From Bacteroidales bacterium (GTDB taxonomy: Bacteria > Bacteroidota > Bacteroidia > Bacteroidales > UBA1402): DNA of 64,000 bases. Of the stretch, positions 35,301-41,981 are shown in pieces; position 1 is the stretch's first letter; each line of letters starts with the position of its first letter. Under the pieces are notes generated by a model that was given only the letters and a program-made list of their open reading frames with translations, was not told the DNA's origin and searched no databases. Made by a program: the position numbers and the translations under genes. The stretch lies in contig JAFODP010000015.1 of assembly GCA_017380635.1 (NCBI GenBank), positions 6,155 through 70,154 of the forward strand, read 5' to 3'.

Positions 35301-37122
35301 GGTTAACAACAACTTGTTCTACAATACCGGTGCTGCCGTGGTTGAATTGTTCAACGCTCCCGAATTCAACGAATACATCACGATGGATGGTGAAACAGAA
35401 GTACGCGATACCGTTTACTTCGGTTCTTATTTGAATTTGGACAAGAACTTCGTAGAAGCTGCCGAAATCACTTTCTTGGCTGCAGAAGGTTGGGAAACTG
35501 GCGATTACGACATGGTAACCAAAGAAGATTTGAACATTACCACCGTATTCGACGATGCCGAACTGACTCAGATCAGCAAGTTGTCTCCTCTGTACACTGC
35601 CGGTATTGCTTCTGGTTTGGACCGTGCTTATGTAGGTGCTATCGCCAACTATACTTCTCGTCATGCCGGTGATGAAACTACTTTTGTTGTTAAGAATGCT
35701 CCTGAATTGAAGACCGCTTTGGAATTGGCCATCGGTGGTGATATCATCGAATTGGAAAACAATACCGAAGATTCTTTGGGCGTATATCAGTTGGGTCAGA
35801 GTGGTTTCACTTATCCCGCTACCGGTGGTAAGTTGATTATCCGCGCTGCCGAAGGTCATCAGCCTGTATTGTTCGGTAACATGGCTCCTTCTAACGCCAA
35901 CTTCAATTTGGACGAACTCTTGATTGAAAATCTTACCTGGAACGATCCTACTGTACAAGAATCAAACCGTATTGAAGGCTATAGCTCAGATGCTTACTCT
36001 CCCTTCTATTTCCGTGCTTCAGATGGTTATATCGGTTTGTTCCACATCACCAACTCTGCTTTCAAGAACTTGGAAATGCAGGCTGTAGTTCGTACCAACA
36101 AGTGCTACGACGAAGCTGCCGGTACTGGTTTGACTATCGGTGAAGTTTTGATGGATTACAACGAATTCGACAACTTCGGTGGTGCAACGCCCGACGGTAA
36201 GGTGGCTTATCACTTTGTTCAGTTCGACGTGAAGGGTTCTTACACCATCAACAACTTTACCTTCATCGAAAACATCGTGAAGAATTTCCACGGTAGCCAG
36301 ATGTTCAACATCAACCGTGAAGGTTCGTTGAATGCTGCCGACTCTACTATCAACATCAAGATTATCAACAACTTGTTCTACAAGGTTGGTGGTAACGCTC
36401 CCGATAAGTATCGTAACTTCTTGGAATTCAACAAGGCTCCTGCCGGCCACACCGTTAATATCGACATTACCAACAACGTATTCTACAAACGTTGGAGTGA
36501 TGTTTTGACCGGTCAATATCCTCAGGGTCAGTTGGATCTCTTCGATGGTAGCCAAGTGAAGGCTTACACCATCAATGTTAAGAAGAACTACTACGAAGGT
36601 GAATACTACAACTCTGACGAATCTTACGGTTGTAACCCCATGGCTCTGACCGATGCCGGTTCAGATCAGAACTTGAGCTTGTCGCCTGCTTCTGCAGTAG
36701 AAGTGAATCGCGATGTTGCTTTAGACTGGAACAACGTAAATGACTATATCGAATTGGACGAAGATACCGAAGATTTCACCAATAATGTAGATCAAGGTGC
36801 TGACGTATTCGGTTTGGGTGAAGAACATCCTTACAATCCTGAATACAAGTACATCGGTGTTGGTTTGTTGTATGGTGTGGGACAAATGGCTTCTCCTGAT
36901 GCTGTTGAAGATGTACTGGTGGCTAAGTTTGCCGTATTCGCCAACAATGGTAAGTTGTTCATCAATGTGGCTGAAAAGGCTCAGGTGGAAATCTACCACA
37001 TCAGCGGTGCTAAGGTGGCTACCAAGGCTTTGAATGCTGGTTTGAACGAAATCGGTGCTTTGAGCAATGGTATGTATATCTTGAATATCGACGGCCAAAT
37101 GGCTAAGGTTTTGGTGAAGTAA
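32368..37122 (+). CDS. Giant (1584 aa) secreted right-handed beta-helix protein with a T9SS C-terminal sorting domain
   Basis: It has a signal peptide (ASPQAKA). Repeated NNxF(Y/N)N-type beta-helix rungs are present (LNNNLFNG, VNENRFYD, INHNTFRN, VNNNLFYN, IINNLFYK, ITNNVFYK). The C-terminus ...KLFINVAEKAQVEIYHISGAKVATKALNAGLNEIGALSNGMYILNIDGQMAKVLVK is a type-A CTD. Codon usage resembles that of nifJ. Confidence 0.85.
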   Translation: MKKITSFCLAVVAMMLLASPQAKAIITDPDDYIIWDSGAFADSSKHAAFVKPDFMIWSKGIEFKTDLKVGRTMEEQYLEDFGFKPGTKVEDVKGKPMAALHVPQRKNEEGGERFSLDYAGYLGLKGEEKMLPWTYSKTNNTFYRPSDSIVITVPKTCDSIYIQGLGSDTYYSLMVYEVGVSEFIQCNKGVFHGLGGIVRTNVHHIGGNWGAVRSIGFKPQHVGPGDSTTIVILGACKDYYADNTKNNLAHFCKDGSAVKNKQVYTGDKVTDADGTVRDRYVACERWGLWEGTTINRIKIYGKIEKGEVPVFDGTHSAFTFSYQTRPSGTVELTKPLKQENGWNGTGFVRYASDLGVVRSVLSASSYIYLGYDKDFGSYATKLNVVNATHDTTNYERTAQHSNFFHVAVPTTGFQDMTLDFDYAVRGADLPVIVAAYINGDTACTVLDTLANSLNPAKELAHASIAIPNEFANQKNLIVRFVLGKGALSGTTEFDLANLTFKGYNDYYTSVDGAAKVAYLTPAEDRIHVMKLSQGADSSDVILPYLLQDENFNTSIISKDVWSAWSSEEAITAALADYDVVVASPYMTEEDLTFTNILVGKKPFLHFNAQTFLSWNANATLNEATTDTAMVYAEEFYYHPVFGSVDLDEEKLEIPSFFSALSSGVKVNAADNQYVLASLNETGAAVIFEDYSVPAAKYVFMDMSADNSTSINSKGKQVIANLINYLKKGGNFAKPTFELISTGAIVENYAQLKDAANYDYGVLNLTTPVIKMKTSTDANAVYQIGEGFSFGGNNITFAPNSSSDDVVIVGALTDADKLNASSLTFKNITFVPADATAVITLKENDKIANELKFENCTFNNLKEGFIALTGVNNAMKAITLNNNLFNGVDVASLIKVAADTASLHTVNVNENRFYDYKAAALLEWNTTVTKEIDDDDADGDELLAININHNTFRNATPSEDSHKLIAMETVQVFDTASVVVNNNLFYNTGAAVVELFNAPEFNEYITMDGETEVRDTVYFGSYLNLDKNFVEAAEITFLAAEGWETGDYDMVTKEDLNITTVFDDAELTQISKLSPLYTAGIASGLDRAYVGAIANYTSRHAGDETTFVVKNAPELKTALELAIGGDIIELENNTEDSLGVYQLGQSGFTYPATGGKLIIRAAEGHQPVLFGNMAPSNANFNLDELLIENLTWNDPTVQESNRIEGYSSDAYSPFYFRASDGYIGLFHITNSAFKNLEMQAVVRTNKCYDEAAGTGLTIGEVLMDYNEFDNFGGATPDGKVAYHFVQFDVKGSYTINNFTFIENIVKNFHGSQMFNINREGSLNAADSTINIKIINNLFYKVGGNAPDKYRNFLEFNKAPAGHTVNIDITNNVFYKRWSDVLTGQYPQGQLDLFDGSQVKAYTINVKKNYYEGEYYNSDESYGCNPMALTDAGSDQNLSLSPASAVEVNRDVALDWNNVNDYIELDEDTEDFTNNVDQGADVFGLGEEHPYNPEYKYIGVGLLYGVGQMASPDAVEDVLVAKFAVFANNGKLFINVAEKAQVEIYHISGAKVATKALNAGLNEIGALSNGMYILNIDGQMAKVLVK

Positions 37123-37145
37123 TTTCGCTTCGAATTAATTGGTAC

Positions 37146-37180
37146 AAGCCCGCGCTTTTTTGAGCGCGGGCTTGTTTTTT
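37146..37180 (+). terminator. Intrinsic terminator after the giant T9SS cargo gene
   Basis: AAGCCCGCGC / GCGCGGGCTT stem followed by GTTTTTT. Confidence 0.8.
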
Positions 37181-37195
37181 ATCACGGCTTTTGCG

Positions 37196-37203
37196 TACTT
37201 TTG
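37196..37203 (+). promoter_or_regulatory. -7 box TACTTTTG for the 7-gene plus-strand operon
   Basis: Consensus match 47 nt upstream of the ATG at 37250. Confidence 0.45.
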
Positions 37204-37249
37204 CGCTATGTGCCAAAAATGCACTATAACAGGCTAAAACAGAATAAGT

Positions 37250-38239
37250 ATGATTATTGAAACCAGAGCCTTTGCTCGCGCCGGATTGTTAGGCAATCCT
37301 TCCGATGGCTTTTTCGGAAAAACTATTTCCATTATTGTCAGAAACTTCGGGGCCAGTGTATTGTTGTACGAATCGCCCGAATTGCGTATCGAAGAAGACG
37401 AAGAATATGCCTTCCGCAATCTGCGACACTTTACCGATACCATTTCTAAAACCGGCTATTATGGTGGTAAACGCTTAGTGAAAGCAGCCATCAAGAAATT
37501 TTGCGATTACTGCGACGAACAAGGTATCAAGTTGCCATATCGCAATTTTACGGTACGCTTTAGCACCACCATTCCCCGTCAGGTGGGATTGTCGGGCTCG
37601 AGTGCCATTATCACCGCTACCTTCAAAGCTTTGATGCAATTTTTCGAAGTGCAGATTCCTATGGAAATGTTGCCCACTTGGGTGCTGCGCGCCGAAACCG
37701 AAGAACTGGCCATTACTGCCGGTTTGCAAGACCGCGTCATTCAGGCCTACGAAGGTTGCGTGTTCATGGATTTCGACAAAGATTTTCTGCAAGCCAATCA
37801 ACGAGGTCGTTACGAACAAATCGATCCGGCTTTGTTGCCCAATTTCTACATTGCTTACAAGACCGAATTGAGCAAGGTGTCGGGAGCGGTGCACAATCCC
37901 ATCAAGGAACGTTTCGAAGCCGGCGATCCTTTGGTTTGCGATACTATGGCCGAAATTGCCCAAGTGGCCGAAGATGGCAAGCAAGCTATTTTGCAAGGTG
38001 ATATGCAAAAACTCAATGCGCTTATCAACAAGAATTTCGATTTGAGATGCAAGATATACAAGATTTCGCCCGAAAACCTGGAATTGGTACAATTGGCACG
38101 CAGTTGTGGTGTGTCGGCCAAGTTTGCAGGTTCAGGTGGAACCATCATCGGTATGTATCCCGACGAAGAATCTTTGCATCGTCTCATCGTGAAGATGAAA
38201 GCTAAAAATATCCGCGTCATCAAACCTTATATTTCATAA
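37250..38239 (+). CDS. GHMP-family sugar kinase, glucuronokinase-like
   Basis: 329 aa with the GHMP motif PRQVGLSGSSAII. The N-terminus RAFARAGLLGNPSDGFFGKTISIIVRNFGASV, then GYYGG.RL and AGLQDRV.Q.Y.G, run closely parallel to my recollection of plant glucuronokinase. Confidence 0.8.
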   Translation: MIIETRAFARAGLLGNPSDGFFGKTISIIVRNFGASVLLYESPELRIEEDEEYAFRNLRHFTDTISKTGYYGGKRLVKAAIKKFCDYCDEQGIKLPYRNFTVRFSTTIPRQVGLSGSSAIITATFKALMQFFEVQIPMEMLPTWVLRAETEELAITAGLQDRVIQAYEGCVFMDFDKDFLQANQRGRYEQIDPALLPNFYIAYKTELSKVSGAVHNPIKERFEAGDPLVCDTMAEIAQVAEDGKQAILQGDMQKLNALINKNFDLRCKIYKISPENLELVQLARSCGVSAKFAGSGGTIIGMYPDEESLHRLIVKMKAKNIRVIKPYIS

Positions 38240-38242
38240 GTC

Positions 38243-39121
38243 ATGATAAAAAAAGCTGTTATTCCTGCCGCCGGTCTGGGCACCAGTTTTTTGCCCGCCA
38301 CCAAGGCGCAGCCCAAAGAAATGTTGCCTATCATCGACATTCCAACCATACAATATGTGGTGCAGGAATGTGTCGATTCGGGTATTGAAGATATTCTGAT
38401 TATCACCGGAAAAGGCAAACGTTCTATCGAAGATCATTTCGATCGCAATCTGGAATTGGAAGAACGTATCCGCGAACGCGAAGACGAATTCTGGTACAAC
38501 GAATTGCGTCATATCGATAGTATGGCCAATATTCATTTTGTTCGTCAGAAAGAACCCAATGGCTTGGGCGATGCTTTGTATCAAGCGCGTTTTCATTGTG
38601 GAAATGAGGCATTTGCCGTTCTCTTGGGCGACAGCATCAACGATTCCAATATTCCCATCACCCAACAAATGATCGATGCCTACGAACAATATCGTCATAC
38701 CATTATCGCCGTGCAGCAAGTGCCCGACAATCGCGTGAACCGTTACGGTATCGTGGGCGGACGTTTTCTGAGCGAGCGTATCATGCAAGTGTCTGAGATG
38801 GTGGAAAAACCCCAAGTGGGCAAGAGTCCGTCCAACTGGGCGGTGGCCGGTCGTTATATCCTCACGCCTGAGATTTTCCCGGCTATCGAGCAAGTGGCCA
38901 AGACGGCGCCGCAAGAAGTGCAACTCACCGATGCTTTGCGTTTGCTGTTGCCTACCGACGGTGTGATTGCCATGAAGATAGACGGCCAGCGTTACGATAT
39001 CGGCACCAAGCTCGATTATCTGAAAACCACCGTGGAATTTGCCCTGAAACGCAAGGAATTTGCCGAACCTTTTGCCCAATTCCTTCGCGAAAGATTAGCA
39101 CAATATGAATCAAGTAAATAA
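38243..39121 (+). CDS. galU: UTP--glucose-1-phosphate uridylyltransferase family (GalU-like sugar-1-phosphate nucleotidyltransferase)
   Basis: KAVIPAAGLGTSFLPATKAQPKEMLPIIDIPTIQYVVQE is the canonical GalU N-terminus. VEKP and RYDIG motifs are also present. Confidence 0.9.
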   Translation: MIKKAVIPAAGLGTSFLPATKAQPKEMLPIIDIPTIQYVVQECVDSGIEDILIITGKGKRSIEDHFDRNLELEERIREREDEFWYNELRHIDSMANIHFVRQKEPNGLGDALYQARFHCGNEAFAVLLGDSINDSNIPITQQMIDAYEQYRHTIIAVQQVPDNRVNRYGIVGGRFLSERIMQVSEMVEKPQVGKSPSNWAVAGRYILTPEIFPAIEQVAKTAPQEVQLTDALRLLLPTDGVIAMKIDGQRYDIGTKLDYLKTTVEFALKRKEFAEPFAQFLRERLAQYESSK

Positions 39122-39127
39122 ATAATC

Positions 39128-40747
39128 ATGAAGAAAAATCTTTTCACTTTAGTGTTGGCTTTGGCCGCATTGTCGCTCAACGCACAGTATGTGTCGTCTG
39201 TTTGGAAAGCAGATCTCGGCGGCGGCAAGTATCAGAACCCCATTATTTATGCCGACTATTCGGATCCCAGTGTTTGTGCCGGTCCTGACGGTTATTATAT
39301 GACGGCTTCAAGTTTCAACTGTGTGCCCGGTTTGCCTATTTTGTATTCTACCGACTTGGTCAACTGGACTCTTATTTCGCACGCACTTCCCGTGCAATAT
39401 CCCGAAGATCATTTCACGCTGCCGCAGCATGGTAATGGCGTTTGGGCCCCCGCTTTTCGTTATCACGACGGAGAATTCTATATCTATTGGGGCGATCCCG
39501 ATTTCGGTATTTATATGGTAAAAGCCAAAGATGCCCGCGGACCTTGGAGCAAGCCTGTGATGGTAAAAGAAGGCAAAGGTCTTATCGATCCCAGTCCGCT
39601 TTGGGACGACGATGGCAAGGCATGGTTGGCATTTGCTTTTGCAGGAAGTCGTCGTGGTTTGAAGTCGGTATTGTTGATGACCGAAATGACTTACGATGGC
39701 ACACAAGCCATTGGTCAGGCTCGCATCATTTACGATGGACACGAAGAAAATCCCACTATCGAAGGAACCAAACTGTACAAATATAAAGGACGTTATTACA
39801 ATTTCTCACCTTCAGGTGGCGTGGCTACCGGTTGGCAGGAAGTGTTGCGTGCCGATCATCCTTGGGGTCCCTGGGAAGCTAAAACCGTTATGGCACAAGG
39901 CAATTCTCCCGTTAATGGCCCTCACCAGGGTTGTTGGGTGCGTACGCCCGAAGGCGAAGACTGGTTTATCCACTTCCAGGATGTTGGTCCCGTAGGCCGT
40001 ATCATTCACTTGAATCCTATGACTTGGACCGAAGATGGTTGGCCTGTTATCGGTGTGGATAAAGACGGCGACGGCGTGGGCGAACCTGTGATGAAATACA
40101 ACAAACCCAAAGGTTTGAAGTCGGTGGTTTGCACGCCTCAGGAAAGCGACGAATTCGATCAAGTGGCGCTTGGTTTGCAATGGCAATGGCATGGTAATGT
40201 TCAGCCCGAATGGTATTATATCGATCCTCGCGAAGGCGGCCGTATCCGTCTGTTTGCCGACGATTGGCATGCACCCGCTCAGACTCTTTGGGATGCTACC
40301 AACCTTTTGATGCAGAAGATTCCTGCTCCCAATATGAAGGCAACTTCTTTGGTAAGATTCGTTCCTCGCGACAAAACCATCGGCGAACGCGGCGGTTTGG
40401 TAGTGATGGGTATGGATTATGGTGTGCTCAGTTTTGAACAAACTGCCGAAGGCTTGATGTTGACCCAACGCATTTGCAAGAAAGCTGATCGTGGAGGTAA
40501 GGAAGAACTCGTTGCCAGTCAGCCCATGACGACCAATAAAATTTACATGCGCGTAGCCATCAAGAATGGTAATCAATGTCAATTCTATTACAGCGAAGAT
40601 GGCAAGAAATACCAAGCATTCGGCAAGCCTTTCGAAATTCGCGAAGGCAAGTGGATTGGTGCCAAGGTGGGTCTGTATTGTTCACGCGCCAAATCGACCA
40701 ACGACAGTGGTTGGTTGGAAGCCGAAAACTTCATCATCAGCAAATAA
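39128..40747 (+). CDS. Glycoside hydrolase family 43 (beta-xylosidase/alpha-L-arabinofuranosidase type) with a C-terminal beta-sandwich
   Basis: Signal peptide present. NPIIYADYSDPSVCAGPDGYYMTASSF, VWAPAFRYHDGEFYIYW and IDPSPLWDDDGKAWL match the GH43 five-bladed propeller pattern. Confidence 0.9.
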   Translation: MKKNLFTLVLALAALSLNAQYVSSVWKADLGGGKYQNPIIYADYSDPSVCAGPDGYYMTASSFNCVPGLPILYSTDLVNWTLISHALPVQYPEDHFTLPQHGNGVWAPAFRYHDGEFYIYWGDPDFGIYMVKAKDARGPWSKPVMVKEGKGLIDPSPLWDDDGKAWLAFAFAGSRRGLKSVLLMTEMTYDGTQAIGQARIIYDGHEENPTIEGTKLYKYKGRYYNFSPSGGVATGWQEVLRADHPWGPWEAKTVMAQGNSPVNGPHQGCWVRTPEGEDWFIHFQDVGPVGRIIHLNPMTWTEDGWPVIGVDKDGDGVGEPVMKYNKPKGLKSVVCTPQESDEFDQVALGLQWQWHGNVQPEWYYIDPREGGRIRLFADDWHAPAQTLWDATNLLMQKIPAPNMKATSLVRFVPRDKTIGERGGLVVMGMDYGVLSFEQTAEGLMLTQRICKKADRGGKEELVASQPMTTNKIYMRVAIKNGNQCQFYYSEDGKKYQAFGKPFEIREGKWIGAKVGLYCSRAKSTNDSGWLEAENFIISK

Positions 40748-40753
40748 GATTGC

Positions 40754-41977
40754 ATGAAAAAAACGACAGTTATCTATCTGGTATCCGTTTGCTGGCTCGT
40801 TTTGGTAGGGGTGCTGAGTTTCTTTACTTTAAAACGCGAGAAACAACGCAACCCTTTCCCCATCGAGTATGATTATCGCATGAAAGGCATGGACAGTTTG
40901 CGACTGTCTGTGCCCGTGCCCGATGGTGTTTACGAAGTGCAGATTCTTTTGGGACACAGAAAGAAAGCCGGCATGACCACCGTCAGAGCCGAATCCAGAC
41001 GCTTGTTTTTGGAAAACGAATACACGGCCGAAGGCGAATATAAAGGCTATCGATTCTGTATACACAAACGCACGCCTCAAATCAACGAACAAGAACGTGT
41101 GCGCCTGAAGAAACGCGAATACAACAAACTCAACTGGAACCATACGCTCGATTTGGAATTTGCCGGTGCCAATCCGCAAGTGGCGCGTGTCATTATCCGT
41201 CCGGCCAAGAATGATGTTCCGGTGCTGTTTCTTTGTGGCAATTCTACCGTGGTAGATCAGGATAACGAGCCTTGGGGCAGCTGGGGACAGATGATTCCGC
41301 GTTTTTTCAATCATCAGCTTTGCGTGGCCAATTTTGCTGAATCGGGCGAATCGGCCAACACTTTTATCGCGGCCAAGCGCTGGAAGAAAATCCTTACGAT
41401 GATTAAGCCCGGCGACTATGTGCTGATAGAATTCGGACACAACGACCAAAAGCAGAAAGGCGAGGGTAAGGGAGCTTATCTTTCTTTCTGGAATAGCATG
41501 AAACAGATGGTGGACGAAGCTCGCGCCGCAGGCGCGACGCCCATTCTGGTGACGCCTACGCAACGCAGAAGTTTCGGCCCCGATGGCAAAATTCAAGACA
41601 CGCATCTCGATTTTCCGCAAGCTACCCGCGATTTGGCTGCACAAGAATCGCTGGCACTCATCGATTTGCATGCCATGACCAGAACGCTGTACGAAGCTTT
41701 TGGCGAAGAGGCTTCCAAATGTCTGTTCGTGCATTATCCGGCCGGCACCTGGCCCGGACAAACCAAAGACTTGGCCGACAATACGCATTTCAATCCTTTC
41801 GGCGCTTATCAAGTGGCCAAATGTGTGGTGGAAGGCCTGCGTCAGGCCAATGTGGACTTGGTGCAATATCTCCGCGACGATGTGACAACCTATCATCCGG
41901 CTCATCCCGACGATCCGAGTCAATTTATTTGGTCGCCTTCTGAGTATATCGAAATAGAAAAACCCGACGGAAATTAA
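40754..41977 (+). CDS. SGNH/GDSL hydrolase, rhamnogalacturonan acetylesterase-like (CE12) with an N-terminal anchor and beta-sandwich
   Basis: Block I LFLCGNSTV (N replaces the usual D), GWG, block III FAESGESANTF, FGHND and block V DNTHF..GA. This layout matches RhgT/YesT-type esterases. Confidence 0.8.
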   Translation: MKKTTVIYLVSVCWLVLVGVLSFFTLKREKQRNPFPIEYDYRMKGMDSLRLSVPVPDGVYEVQILLGHRKKAGMTTVRAESRRLFLENEYTAEGEYKGYRFCIHKRTPQINEQERVRLKKREYNKLNWNHTLDLEFAGANPQVARVIIRPAKNDVPVLFLCGNSTVVDQDNEPWGSWGQMIPRFFNHQLCVANFAESGESANTFIAAKRWKKILTMIKPGDYVLIEFGHNDQKQKGEGKGAYLSFWNSMKQMVDEARAAGATPILVTPTQRRSFGPDGKIQDTHLDFPQATRDLAAQESLALIDLHAMTRTLYEAFGEEASKCLFVHYPAGTWPGQTKDLADNTHFNPFGAYQVAKCVVEGLRQANVDLVQYLRDDVTTYHPAHPDDPSQFIWSPSEYIEIEKPDGN

Positions 41978-41981
41978 ACTT

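Noticed and set aside
32476-36555. Minus-strand ORFs of 178-317 aa inside the 1584-aa T9SS cargo gene
   Set aside because: They are antisense to a gene with strong codon bias and clear domain logic. Their translations are low-complexity (V/I/F/N-rich) and have no signal or motif.
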